Shown here one piece after another: positions 25,301 through 34,255 of a DNA stretch of 58,445 nucleotides. The position numbers were made by a program, and so were the translations under genes. Source of the stretch: Octopus bimaculoides (Eukaryota); assembly GCF_001194135.2 (NCBI RefSeq), contig NC_069009.1:3329400-3387844 (forward strand), in the 5' to 3' direction. Under the pieces are notes generated by a model, which ran no database searches, was not told the DNA's origin, and saw only the letters and a list, made by a program, of their open reading frames with translations. The number at the start of each line of letters is the position of its first letter. Position 1 is the stretch's first letter.

Positions 25301-28300
25301 TTATTATCATCGTTTAACGTCCGCTTTCCATGCTAGCATGGGTTGGACGATNNNNNNNNNNCATCATCGTCGTCGTTTAATGTCCGCTTTCCATGCTAGC
25401 ATGGGTTGGACGATTTGACTGAGGACTGTTGAACCAGATGGCTATACCAGGCTCCAATCTGATTTGGCAGAGTTTCTACAGCTGGATGCCCTTCCTAACG
25501 CCAACCACTCCGAGAGTGTAGTGGGTGCTTTTATGTGCCACCAGCATGAAGGCCAGTCAGGCGGTACTGGCAACGGTCACGCTCGAAATGGTGTGTTTTA
25601 CGTGCCACCTGCACAGGAGCCAGTCCAGCGGCACTGGCAACGATCTCGCTTGAATGTCTTCTCACGTGCCAGGGAGGCGACGTTGGTAACGATCAACGGC
25701 CATGCTCGGAATGAGGAAACCAGCCTTATGAATATATGGCTCAGAACGGACCCTTGGTCTTTAGAAACATAGCAAGTATAGGGGACAGATGGATGGAGGG
25801 AACAACAATGACAACAGCAGTAGCAAGGGTCAAGGGGTAGCCCCTACCTGTTCTGTACCTAAAGCTCTAGAATAACTGAAAGAGAGGAACATTGTGGTGG
25901 GGGCAGTCTCACCTGATCACAGATTCACCTGATGCCATGGCTAGCATGCCTTTCCCTGCCCAGACAATGCAAGGGTTCTCAGATTTGCCGTTCAGCTTCA
26001 CCTGAAATGAGATTGGAAACGAAAATGCAACAAGCATTATTGGTAGCGTATGTGTGCAGGTAGTGGTGGTGGTGGTGGTGGTGGTAGGGTTAACTACACA
26101 ATTATAAGGTGGGCCAAAAGTTATAAGGTAACGAGCTGGCGGAATCGTTAGCACGTCAGAGAAAATGATTAGCTGCATTTCGTCCGTCTTTGCATTCTGA
26201 ATTCAAATTATGCTGAGGTCGACTTTGGAGGTGGATAAAATAAGTACCAGTTATACAATGGGACCAATGTAATCAACTGGCCACCCCTCCACCTCTCTAA
26301 CTTTTATATCCTTGCATGTTGGATATATAATTACGAAACAGTGGGAAAGAAGTCTATACACAACACACTACCATTACTATTACACAAGAGTCAGCACTCT
26401 ATATCAAAGGCTCACAGAACTGCCAATCATTCACAAACTGCCAACACTCATGGAAACTGAAAAGAAGCCCATTGTATATATATATATATGTGTGTTTGTC
26501 CCCACAACATTGCTTGACAACCGATGGTGGTGTGTTTACTTCTCCGTAACTTAGCGGTTCGGCAAAAAGAGGCCGATAGAATAAGTACTAGGCTTACAAA
26601 GAATAAGTCCCGGGGTTGATTTGCTCGACTAAAGGCGGTGCTCCAGCATGTCCGCAGTCAAATGACTGAAACATGAAACAAGTAAAAGAGCAGAGTGGAC
26701 TGGAGCAACGTGAAGTAAAGTGTCTTGCTCAAGCACTCAATGTACCGCTGGGAATCGAACTCAAGACCTTACGGCCATGTGCCGATTACCCCTAACCACT
26801 AAGCCACACGCTTTCACACATGTGATATGTTGGCACTCCGTCGCTTACGACGTCGAGGGTTCCAGTTGATCCGATCAACGGAACAGCCTGCTCGTGAAAT
26901 TAACGTGCAAGTGGCTGAGCACTCCACAGACACGTGTACCCTTAACGTAGTTCTCGGGGATATTCAGTGTGAAACAATGTGACAAGGCTGGTCCCTTTGA
27001 ATTACAGGCACAACAGAAACAGGAAGTAAGAGTGAGAGAGAAAGTTGTGGTGGAAGAGTACAGCAGGGTTCGCCACCATCCCCTGCCGGAGCCTCGTGGA
27101 ACTTTAGGTGTTTTTCGCTCAATAAACACTCACAACGCCCGGTCTGGGAAATGAAACCGCGATTCTATGACCGCGAGTCCGCTGCCCTAACCACTGGGCC
27201 ATTGCGNNNNNNNNNNNNNNNNNNNNNNNNNNNNNNNNNNNNNNNNNNNNNNNNNNNNNNNNNNNNNNNNNNNNNNNNNNTTTGAATTACAGGCACAACA
27301 GAAACAGGAAGTAAGAGTGAGAGAGAAAGTTGTGGTGGAAGAGTACAGCAGGGTTCGCCACCATCCCCTGCCGGAGCCTCGTGGAACTTTAGGTGTTTTT
27401 CGCTCAATAAACACTCACAACGCCCGGTCTGGGAAATGAAACCGCGATTCTATGACCGCGAGTCCGCTGCCCTAACCACTGGGCCATTGCGACTCCACTA
27501 ACATGTGATATACAGGAGAGAGAAAGGGTCAACTCACCTTCATCAGCTCTTCGGCCTTTTGGGTTTGACTATCCACCTTGTGCTGGCTTAGCATTAAATT
27601 ATGGGTGAGGGTCACCAGAATGTTCTGCTCGGTGTAATAGAACAGGTTGAGGATTCGGGAACTGACAGAGAAAAGGGTGGTGCAGGTTCCGTTCTCAAGG
27701 ATGTGGTAGACCCCACCTGTGAAGAGAGAGATAATGGGTTTTAGTGGCTATAGTCGTTGTTGTTGTTGTTGTTGCTCCTGATTCAGTAAACCTACGATCA
27801 AAGATGCTCCAGATTTGACCACCCCATCTTTTATTCAGGCATAGTGTATCTAGGACTACATTATCTAATGTACAGTATAATAGTTAGTATTAGTGGCTGT
27901 TGTGGTTGTTGTTTAACCCCAGGTCAACCTTTGATCCAGTAGAACTATGAGCAAAGTTGTTCCAACTATAACCATCCCATCTTTTATTCAGACATAGTGT
28001 ATCTAGGACTACATTATCTAATGTACAATATGGTCGTATTAATGGCTATAGTTGTTTTTTTAGCCCCAGGTCAGTCCTGATCCAGTAGACCTACAATCAG
28101 AGATGCTCCAGTTGTGACCATCCCGTCACATATTCAGGCATAGTGTATCTAGGACTACATTATCTAATGTACAGTATAGTAGTTGGTATAAGTGGTTATA
28201 GTTGATATTGTTTAGCCCCAGGTCTGTCCTGATCCAGCAGACCTATGGTCAAAGACGTTCCAACTGTGACCATCCCATGTTACATTCAGACATAATGTAC

Positions 28301-31300
28301 CTAGGGCTACATTATTTAATGTATAAAATATAGTTTGCTAAACAACAACAAGAAGGCAGAAAGGCGGCTACATACCTGTTGCTCCACCACAAAAGAAGTT
28401 GAATGATTCGGACATGCCAAAGATGGATGAGTACTTGGTGTCCGACTGTCTCCCTTTCAGATCAAACATGTCCAGAGCCTTCTGGTCCCCTTTTACGGCT
28501 GCTCGGACCAGGTTGCGAACCTCTCTAGTACGAAGAAACAAAAGAAAGTGCCCACATAAACCTCATCGTTGGTGGGGGTTTTTATTGTTATTATTATTAC
28601 TATTATTACTATTATTATTATTATTATTATTATTATAAACACTGCAGTTGCACAATTTTACCAGTTTTCAGTCAAACCGTCTAAGCCAGGGGTTTTCAAA
28701 CTTTTTGACTTGCGGACCCCTTTATATTTCAGCCCCTTATAAACGCTTATGAAATTTATACATAAATATTTGCTTAAAATAACATATATTTTTAAGTTTA
28801 TTTATTTAACAGTATTTAACAAAATAGGTTTATTGTCAATTAAAAGATTTCGATTAAAAAACATATATAAAATCAAATTGCCCATAAAAAGTATTTGCTG
28901 TCCACGGACCCCCTGTTTTGTCCTTGCGGACCACAGTTTGAAAACCCCTGGTTTAAGCCACACCAGCATGAGAAACGGATGTTAAATGATGATGAAGATG
29001 AGAGTGAAAGACATCCGGTACACTCTATGGAGTGGTTGGCATTAGGAAGGGCATCCAGCTGTAGAAACCAAGCTGAATCCGACTGGACCCTGGTACAGCT
29101 ATCTGGCTTACCAGTTCCAGTCAAACTGTCCAACCCATGCCAGCATCGAAAACGGATGTTAAATGATGATGAGGATGATGAGGATGTATGTATGTGTGTG
29201 TGCATGTGTGTGTGTTTGTGTGTGTGTCTGTGTGTCCCCCCACCTCAGCTTGACAATTTGTGGTTGGTGGGTTTACTGGTGTCGATTCGTTTGACTAAAA
29301 TCTGCTAAGGCAGTGCCCCAGCATGGCCGCTGTCCAATGACTGAAACAAGTAAAAGACTAAAATAAATAAACAAACAAACAAAGATAATCTCACGTGTAC
29401 GACTCTGGATTAACGAGCGGCTGGAGGATAATCTGTTGTATGGGTTCTGGGAGATTATGCTGCGACACCGGTTTGGACATGGCGCGACCCTTTGAATCAA
29501 CCTTCCATATAAGTAAGGTACCAGACTGGAAATAAAAAAAAATAGGGGGTCAGAGAATAAGTTTAGTTGTAGATGTGGTTCTTTAGCCCCAGGTCGGCCC
29601 AAATCCAGCAGGGGCCATAATACATTGTCTTTCTTTCTCCACCTCTTCCTCTTCCTCTCTCCCACCCTGGAACACTTCCCCTCACATATGCATTCTCTCT
29701 CCAACTTCCACTCCTTTTCTCTCTCTCCTCCCCCTTCGACTTTCTCCAATAAGTCCAATTCCCTCTCACTCTTCCTCTCTCTCTCATACTCCCTTTGTCA
29801 TGAACTCCCACTCCCACTCTCTCTCTCCCGCCCGCTTTGTCACACTAACTCCCACTCCCTCTCTCTGTTTATCTCTTTCCTACTCCCTTTCTCTCCTACT
29901 CACACTCTCTCTCTCTGTTTACCTCTTCCCTACTCCCTCTGTCACTAACTCCTACTCCTTCTCTTTGTCTCTCTCTCCCACCCACTTTGTCACTAACTCC
30001 CACTTTGTCTCACTGTCTATCTCTCTCACCTACACTCTTTCACACTAACTCCCACTCTTGCTCGCTGTTTATCTCTCCTCCTCCCTTTGCCACAAATTCC
30101 TACTTTCACTCCCCCTCTTTCTCTTGCCCCCATTTCCCCTCCCCCCACACCCACCCACCACACTCACCTCATCTCCAGAGACAATCCTGGCCCCGAATGA
30201 ACTCCAACAGAGCGAAGTCACCGCCGTGCTATGAACCTGTTCCATGTGGCTCGTCTCCTTCGCATCCAGCCTCCACAATGTGATGGCGCCATCCTTCCAG
30301 GCGACACACAGCACCAGTTTGGTCGGGTGCCACTGCAGAATGCTCACTGCGGAGCCTTGCTTCAGGGGTTCAACACCAACAGAATCTCCCTGAAATAAAA
30401 AATTAAGAAAAAAACAGAAATGTTTAAGCATTTGAACTGATGCAGGCTGACTGGTTAAGAAGCTTGCTTCCCAACCATGTGGTTTTGAGTTCAATCCCAC
30501 TACATGGCATCTTGGGGCAAGTGTCTTCTGTTATTGTCTTCGACCAATCAGAGCCTTATGAACAGATTTAGCTTATCTTATGCGCCCTTTTTAAAGCCTA
30601 GCCAGGCTCATGGGCCCGGTTTCCCGGTATCTATGGCGTATGTGTTCCCCCCCCCACCAGCTGGACGGGACGCCAGTCCATCGCAGCGTTACTCGAGAAA
30701 CAGGAAGAAAGAGTGAGCGAAAGTTGAGGCGAATGAGTACAACAGGGATCGCCACCGTCCCCTGCCAGAGCCTCGTGAAGCTTTTAGGTGTTTTCGCTCA
30801 NNNNNNNNNNNNNNNNNNNNNNNNNNNNNNNNNNNNNNNNNNNNNNNNNNNNNNNNNNNNNNNNNNNNNNNNNNNNNNNNNNNNNNNNNNNNNNNNNNNN
30901 NNNNNNNNNNNNNNNNNNNNNNNNNNNNNNNNNNNNNNNNNNNNNNNNNNNNNNNNNNNNNNNNNNNNNNNNNNNNNNNNNNNNNNNNNNNNNNNNNNNN
31001 NNNNNNNNNNNNNNNNNNNNNNNNNNNNNNNNNNNNNNNNNNNNNNNNNNNNNNNNNNNNNNNNNNNNNNNNNNNNNNNNNNNNNNNNNNNNNNNNNNNN
31101 NNNNNNNNNNNNNNNNNNNNNNNNNNNNNNNNNNNNNNNNNNNNNNNNNNNNNNNNNNNNNNNNNNNNNNNNNNNNNNNNNNNNNNNNNNNNNNNNNNNN
31201 NNNNNNNNNNNNNNNNNNNNNNNNNNNNNNNNNNNNNNNNNNNNNNNNNNNNNNNNNNNNNNNNNNNNNNNNNNNNNNNNNNNNNNNNNNNNNNNNNNNN

Positions 31301-31930
31301 NNNNNNNNNNNNNNNNNNNNNNNNNNNNNNNNNNNNNNNNNNNNNNNNNNNNNNNNNNNNNNNNNNNNNNNNNNNNNNNNNNNNNNNNNNNNNNNNNNNN
31401 NNNNNNNNNNNNNNNNNNNNNNNNNNNNNNNNNNNNNNNNNNNNNNNNNNNNNNNNNNNNNNNNNNGTACATATATATTGGGTTGTCCGGAAAGTTTGTG
31501 CCGATTTATAGTAGCTTACCTTTTGACTTATTTGTCATGAAACCACCTCAATTCTGGGAAGAGGGTATTTTCAAGTTAAAAGAAAGATGGAGACGCATTG
31601 TGCAAGAAAATGGTTTCATATTTGGCTGATTAAAAATGTAATGGCAAGTATTTATTGGCCTTTTTCTTCCCTTTAAAAATCGGCATGAACTTTCCGGACA
31701 ACCCAATATATACAGAAAACAGTGCACATGCACAACTAAGCTAAACAGAATAGAAGAATAACAATTGAAATGGGCAAACTTACCGTTTCATTGAAAATGT
31801 AGACTCCAGCGCCGCTCTCGTCATCGAAGAGAACCCCAATAGCCAGCAGGCGCTCGATTGGGTGCCAAGTCGTGTGGGTGTAGACACCAGCCAAATCAGC
31901 AGAAATGCAGTGATCGAAGAACACTGCCAT
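641..31930 (-). CDS. IFT140: Intraflagellar transport protein 140 homolog, complete 31-coding-exon gene, 1548 aa (N-terminal WD40 propellers, C-terminal TPR solenoid)
   Basis: Exon peptides match remembered human IFT140 in order, e.g. [84 protein letters not shown]. Exon lengths sum to 4647 nt (divisible by 3), phases are compatible, and all introns are GT-AG. Confidence 0.97.
1285..1426 (-). CDS. IFT140: IFT140 exon 30 (142 nt): [39 protein letters not shown]...WRV
   Basis: TTGCAG acceptor, GTATGT donor, phase 2/0. Confidence 0.95.
1745..2237. repeat. (TAG)n-dominated microsatellite, ~490 bp
   Basis: Long TAG runs with CAG and GTAGAC variants; source of the poly-L/Y/T ORFs. Confidence 0.97.
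2313..2521 (-). CDS. IFT140: IFT140 exon 29 (209 nt): [23 protein letters not shown]...IKKFVNAR
   Basis: TTGCAG acceptor, GTAAGT donor, phase 0/2. Confidence 0.95.
2972..3184 (-). CDS. IFT140: IFT140 exon 28 (213 nt): [39 protein letters not shown]...FYDVCAQ
   Basis: TTTCAG acceptor, GTAAGA donor, phase 0/0; most conserved exon. Confidence 0.97.
4251..4751. repeat. Tandem direct repeat, period 257 bp, two diverged copies (candidate Penelope-like pseudo-LTRs)
   Basis: 4251-4485 and 4508-4751 share TTAACATTTCAGATATTAGTCC...TTAGTCATTTGG with several substitutions and indels. Confidence 0.85.
4253..4537 (-). ncRNA. Two decayed minimal hammerhead motifs (4253-4280 and 4510-4537) in a 257-bp direct repeat
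   Basis: Minus strand reads CTGATGA-A-GGA(CTAATA)TCT-GAAA-TGTT in both copies; restoring two CpGs gives TCC-GAAACGTT. Confidence 0.5.
4853..5062 (-). CDS. IFT140: IFT140 exon 27 (210 nt): [11 protein letters not shown]...[19 protein letters not shown]
   Basis: TATCAG acceptor, GTAAGT donor, phase 0/0. Confidence 0.96.
5201..5331. repeat. 131-bp near-perfect palindrome (65-bp arms, 1-nt centre)
   Basis: 5201-5265 is the reverse complement of 5267-5331 with 2 mismatches. Confidence 0.95.
5265..5299 (+). ncRNA. Minimal hammerhead-like motif (U4C variant, 5' strand of stem I replaced by an inversion junction)
   Basis: CCGATGA-ACG(GGAA)TGT-GAAA-CTC A GAG-TA-ACAGT; triplet GTA at 5292-5294; at the centre of a palindrome. 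Confidence 0.5.
5892..6074 (-). CDS. IFT140: IFT140 exon 26 (183 nt): [21 protein letters not shown]...[11 protein letters not shown]
   Basis: CGGCAG acceptor, GTAAGG donor, phase 0/0. Confidence 0.96.
6700..7195 (+). mobile_element. RTE-LINE-type 3' tail repeat ending GGACGTTAAACGAT(GAT)n
   Basis: GGCGTTAGGAAGGGCATCCAGCTGTAGAAA motif and (GAT)n tail; related copies near 11840, 16400, 19820, 25060-25720, 28955, 45880. Confidence 0.75.
7246..7374 (-). CDS. IFT140: IFT140 exon 25 (129 nt): [28 protein letters not shown]...AVMLYHK
   Basis: CTACAG acceptor, GTGAGT donor, phase 0/0. Confidence 0.96.
7578..7721 (-). CDS. IFT140: IFT140 exon 24 (144 nt): [22 protein letters not shown]...GNAIRLCK
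   Basis: TTCTAG acceptor, GTCAGG donor, phase 0/0. Confidence 0.95.
8283..8415 (-). CDS. IFT140: IFT140 exon 23 (133 nt): [44 protein letters not shown]
   Basis: TTGCAG acceptor, GTACGG donor, phase 2/0; matches LWRWWAQYLES. Confidence 0.95.
8876..8971 (-). CDS. IFT140: IFT140 exon 22 (96 nt): [31 protein letters not shown]
   Basis: TTACAG acceptor, GTAAGT donor, phase 2/2; matches THRFEVPRML. Confidence 0.95.
10043..10149 (-). CDS. IFT140: IFT140 exon 21 (107 nt): [35 protein letters not shown]
   Basis: ATGCAG acceptor, GTAAGT donor, phase 0/2; matches DRVHLRSTYHRYA. Confidence 0.95.
10950..11033 (-). CDS. IFT140: IFT140 exon 20 (84 nt): [28 protein letters not shown]
   Basis: TGACAG acceptor, GTGAGT donor, phase 0/0. 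Confidence 0.95.
12460..12637 (-). CDS. IFT140: IFT140 exon 19 (178 nt): [27 protein letters not shown]...LAMHLNMA
   Basis: TTACAG acceptor, GTAAGT donor, phase 2/0. Confidence 0.96.
12697..13277. repeat. Minisatellite, 106-bp unit x ~5.5
   Basis: ATGATAGAAGGGACAG recurs at 12701, 12807, 12913, 13019 (ACGAT variant), 13125, 13230. Confidence 0.95.
13401..13681 (-). CDS. IFT140: IFT140 exon 18 (281 nt): SEEKNW...[26 protein letters not shown]...[11 protein letters not shown]
   Basis: TTTCAG acceptor, GTAAGT donor, phase 0/2; hallmark RDFVGLE.CDK motif. Confidence 0.95.
13797..13919 (-). CDS. IFT140: IFT140 exon 17 (123 nt): [41 protein letters not shown]
   Basis: ATACAG acceptor, GTGAGT donor, phase 0/0. 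Confidence 0.93.
14700..14862 (+). mobile_element. tRNA-headed SINE family A (GCAGGAGTGGCTGTGTGGTAAG...GGTTCAGTCCC...GAAACTGAAAGAAGCCCG)
   Basis: Pol III A/B-box-like head. More than 12 copies: + near 2541, 3362, 9075, 32130, 42218; - near 11327, 15208, 23111, 24343, 35087, 46880, 56270; usually ends in (TA)n. Confidence 0.85.
15570..15774 (-). CDS. IFT140: IFT140 exon 16 (205 nt): [32 protein letters not shown]...poly-E...GVNTEV
   Basis: AATCAG acceptor, GTAAGT donor, phase 2/0; matches PVNHFWDQSEPRLFVCEA. Confidence 0.9.
15921..16135 (+). mobile_element. SINE family (GGCGGTGAGCTGGCAGAA...GAGTTCAAATTCC...GGGGTAGATTAAATAAGTACCAG)
   Basis: Copies near 1530, 9650-9860 (-) and 26130-26290 (+). 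Confidence 0.7.
16687..16871 (-). CDS. IFT140: IFT140 exon 15 (185 nt): [32 protein letters not shown]...PDGSNN
   Basis: TTACAG acceptor, GTAAGT donor, phase 0/2; matches PDSKICFYDVEMDTV. Confidence 0.9.
16978..18230. repeat. (GGT/AGT)n tract 16978-17436 and (GAT/GGT/CAC)n tract 17852-18220
   Basis: Trinucleotide tracts on both sides of IFT140 exon 14. Confidence 0.95.
17704..17821 (-). CDS. IFT140: IFT140 exon 14 (118 nt): [39 protein letters not shown]
   Basis: TTGCAG acceptor, GTGAGT donor, phase 2/0. Confidence 0.93.
18300..18427 (-). CDS. IFT140: IFT140 exon 13 (128 nt): [42 protein letters not shown]
   Basis: GCATAG acceptor, GTATGT donor, phase 0/2; strong match to [21 protein letters not shown]. 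Confidence 0.95.
18500..19370. repeat. AACACTCCA-type 9-10-bp degenerate minisatellite with higher-order blocks
   Basis: Repeated ACACTC/TAACAC units; block CAGTTCAACACTCTGATAACACTTCAGCTCAACACTTCAATATAACACTCAGACC recurs. Confidence 0.9.
19403..19494 (-). CDS. IFT140: IFT140 exon 12 (92 nt): (A)[30 protein letters not shown]
   Basis: TTTCAG acceptor, GTAAGG donor, phase 1/0. Confidence 0.92.
20359..20437 (-). CDS. IFT140: IFT140 exon 11 (79 nt): [26 protein letters not shown]
   Basis: TTTCAG acceptor, GTAAGT donor, phase 0/1; matches VAVWNGRQVAIFE. Confidence 0.93.
20744..20854 (-). CDS. IFT140: IFT140 exon 10 (111 nt): [37 protein letters not shown]
   Basis: CCATAG acceptor, GTAAGC donor, phase 0/0. 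Confidence 0.92.
20885..21232 (-). mobile_element. tRNA-headed SINE (GTGAAGGTGCATGGCTCAGTGATTAGAGCG...GGTTGTGAGTTCGAATCCC)
   Basis: A/B-box head at the 21232 end; head also near 56078; body fragments near 6513-6650 and 22390-22508. Confidence 0.7.
21985..22077 (-). CDS. IFT140: IFT140 exon 9 (93 nt): [31 protein letters not shown]
   Basis: TTTCAG acceptor, GTGAGT donor, phase 0/0; matches WGSRKNLLAVNS. Confidence 0.93.
22863..23008 (-). CDS. IFT140: IFT140 exon 8 (146 nt): [16 protein letters not shown]...GAPVRMLT
   Basis: TTACAG acceptor, GTAAGG donor, phase 1/0; matches LLAAGTDRGRVAMWRK. Confidence 0.93.
24872..24978 (-). CDS. IFT140: IFT140 exon 7 (107 nt): [35 protein letters not shown](G)
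   Basis: TTCCAG acceptor, GTGAGT donor, phase 2/1. Confidence 0.9.
25913..26001 (-). CDS. IFT140: IFT140 exon 6 (89 nt): [29 protein letters not shown](R)
   Basis: TTTCAG acceptor, GTGAGA donor, phase 0/2. Confidence 0.92.
27538..27716 (-). CDS. IFT140: IFT140 exon 5 (179 nt): GVYHILENG...QKAEELMK
   Basis: TCACAG acceptor, GTGAGT donor, phase 1/0. Confidence 0.93.
27780..28330 (-). repeat. Tandem array (~4 x 140-165 bp) of a dispersed repeat ending GGGGCTAAACAAC(AAC)n on the minus strand
   Basis: AGCCCCAGGTC unit starts at 27915, 28062, 28214; equivalent arrays at 10230-10810 and 49060-49610; single copy in the opposite orientation at 17515-17640. Confidence 0.85.
28376..28524 (-). CDS. 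IFT140: IFT140 exon 4 (149 nt): [24 protein letters not shown]...FNFFCGGAT
   Basis: TACTAG acceptor, GTATGT donor, phase 2/1; matches LAKAAVSGDEKALDMF. Confidence 0.93.
28687..28950. mobile_element. Non-autonomous hAT element (264-bp MITE)
   Basis: TIRs CAGGGGTTTTCAAACT / AGTTTGAAAACCCCTG; 8-bp TSD GTCTAAGC/GTTTAAGC; same-family ends near 20250-20296 and 39896-39938. Confidence 0.88.
29395..29525 (-). CDS. IFT140: IFT140 exon 3 (131 nt): [43 protein letters not shown](T)
   Basis: Not in ORF track; read by hand. TTCCAG acceptor, GTGAGA donor, phase 0/2; resembles LGVLLLWRLDQRGR. Confidence 0.9.
30168..30389 (-). CDS. IFT140: IFT140 exon 2 (222 nt): GDSVGVEP...[15 protein letters not shown]...ARIVSGDE
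   Basis: TTTCAG acceptor, GTGAGT donor, phase 0/0, WD40 repeats. Confidence 0.95.
31478..31706 (+). mobile_element. Internally deleted mariner element (229-bp MITE)
   Basis: 30-bp TIRs TTGGGTTGTCCGGAAAGTTTGTGCCGATTT / AAATCGGCATGAACTTTCCGGACAACCCAA (2 mismatches), TA on both sides; internal peptide [25 protein letters not shown] resembles the mariner transposase C-terminus. Confidence 0.92.
31784..31930 (-). CDS. IFT140: IFT140 coding exon 1 (147 nt): [49 protein letters not shown]
   Basis: ATG at 31928-31930; donor GTAAGT at 31783; upstream acceptor TTTCAG at 31976 adds 45 nt of 5'-UTR; resembles human MALYYDH...WHP. Confidence 0.93.
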
Positions 31931-33169
31931 GGGGGGCGGTGGGATTGGAGGTGGGGTTATAATGACCTTTGACACCTGAAATTAAATGCACAGCGTGAAT
32001 GGAATTGTAGGAGGGGAGAGAACTGGTGACTGCTATTAATTTTCATTACTTTTTTGAACTGTTGGGAGTAAAATATATGAGATTTATGGGGTTTGGGTAT
32101 CTGGGTAGATACAAAGAAGTATGTATGCATGGCTGTGTGGTAAGAGGCTTGCTTCCCAACCAGAAGGTTCCGGGTTCAGTCCTACTGTGTAGCACTTTGG
32201 GCAATTGTTGTCTACTATAGCCTAAGTTTGTGGATTTGATAGATGGAAACTGAAAGAAGCCCATTGTATATATATGTATATATTTGTGTGTTTCCTTGTG
32301 TCTGTGTTTGTCCCCACCCCATCACTTGACAACTGATGTTGGTATGTTTATGCCTCCATAACTTAGTGGTTCAGCAGGAGGGACTGATAGAATAAGTACT
32401 AGGCTTCCAAAGAATAAGTCCTGGGGTCGATTTGCTCGACTAAAGGCGGTGCTCCAGCATGGCCACAGTCAAAGGACTGAAACAAGTAAAAGAATAAATA
32501 CATATATATATATATAATTTAGAGAAAAGAGCGAAAGTTCATGAACTCATTCAGTCACAGACAGAAAAAATTAATAAGTAAATACACAATAAATAAGTAT
32601 AATAAAATACAAAGTAAAAATCATAAAATGATAATAATAATAATAATATTGAGTGAGAGAGCAGTGCATGCCATCAAAGTGACACTGGGGTAAAATATAC
32701 GAAGCCCAGTGTACCCATCATGACTACCCGTCTGATAAGGGTACACCAGGCACATGCATCACAACCATATGTGCGCGACGTGGTGATCTCATATCAAGAT
32801 AAACAGTGCATGACCTCGCAGGTGGGGCCCAGGTAGAATTTTCTTCAGGTCGAGTAGCCCATCCCACTCAAAAGGTCCCTGAATAAGGTTTGTTTAAGGA
32901 TGTTGAGTGAATTATTCAAACCCCAAAAATTCCTCTCAATACTATGATGCTCCCCCACTACTTCTGCTCATGATCAGAGATGCACATATCGTCAGCCACC
33001 AAGGGACATGCTCAACTGGTTAAGGTCAAACCACTGACAAGCAAATCTGTGGTATTTAGCAGAATATTTACTGTATCCGATCTTTTAAAACAATGTACAT
33101 GATAACACTTCCAATGAATTAAGATCAGAAGCCATGAGAGCCACTGCCTGGTACTGCATCCGGGCATTC

Positions 33170-33200
<31 letters not shown>

Positions 33201-33892
33201 TTATGATTTTTACTTTGTATTTTATTATACTTATTTATCGTGTATTTACTTATTAAATTNNNNNNNNNNNNNNNNNNNNNNNNNNNNNNNNNNNNNNNNN
33301 NNNNNNNNNNNNNNNNNNNNNNNNNNNNNNNNNNNNNNNNNNNNNNNNNNNNNNNNNNNNNNNNNNNNNNNNNNNNNNNNNNNNNNNNNNNNNNNNNNNN
33401 NNNNNNNNNNNNNNNNNNNNNNNNNNNNNNNNNNNNNNNNNNNNNNNNNNNNNNNNNNNNNNNNNNNNNNNNNNNNNNNNNNNNNNNNNNNNNNNNNNNN
33501 NNNNNNNNNNNNNNNNNNNNNNNNNNNNNNNNNNNNNNNNNNNNNNNNNNNNNNNNNNNNNNNNNNNNNNNNNNNNNNNNNNNNNNNNNNNNNNNNNNNN
33601 NNNNNNNNNNNNNNNNNNNNNNNNNNNNNNNNNNNNNNNNNNNNNNNNNNNNNNNNNNNNNNNNNNNNNNNNNNNNNNNNNNNNNNNNNNNNNNNNNNNN
33701 NNNNNNNNNNNNNNNNNNNNNNNNNNNNNNNNNNNNNNNNNNNNNNNNNNNNNNNNNNNNNNNNNNNNNNNNNNNNNNNNNNNNNNNNNNNNNNNNNNNN
33801 NNNNNNNNNNNNNNNNNNNNNNNNNNNNNNNNNNNNNNNNNNNNNNNNNNNTATACAATCACAGACACACAAACATACTCACATACATACAT

Positions 33893-33954
<62 letters not shown>

Positions 33955-34255
33955 GAGTGTATGTTTGTGTGTCTGTGATTGTCCATCAAACATCGTTTGA
34001 CAACCGATGCTGGTGTGTTTACGTCCCCGTATCTTAGCGGTTCGGCAGAGGAGATCCGATGGAATAAGTACTAGGCTTACAAAGAATCAGTCCTGGGGGC
34101 TGATCTGCTCGACTAAAGGCGGTGCTCCAGCATGGCCACAGTCAAATGACTGAAACAAGTAAAAGAGTATATATACACACACAGGCAAAATCCATCCACA
34201 CACATTCAACATCATCATCATCAGAAACATCATTTACGAAAAGGTAAACTTATCC

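Noticed and set aside
25280-27495. Local duplications flanking small gaps (25310-25400; 26990-27206 vs 27281-27492)
   Set aside because: Near-identical sequence on both sides of N-runs is best explained by scaffolding overlap.
641-31930. A nested opposite-strand gene in IFT140 introns, as with vertebrate TMEM204
   Set aside because: No plus-strand exon-like sequence was recognised in the readable intron sequence; gaps could hide small pieces.
31931-31975. N-terminal extension MSKVIITPPPIPPPP of IFT140 given by the ORF track
   Set aside because: It starts at a GTG immediately after a splice acceptor; the conserved start is ATG 31930. An upstream in-frame start in the unseen exon cannot be excluded.
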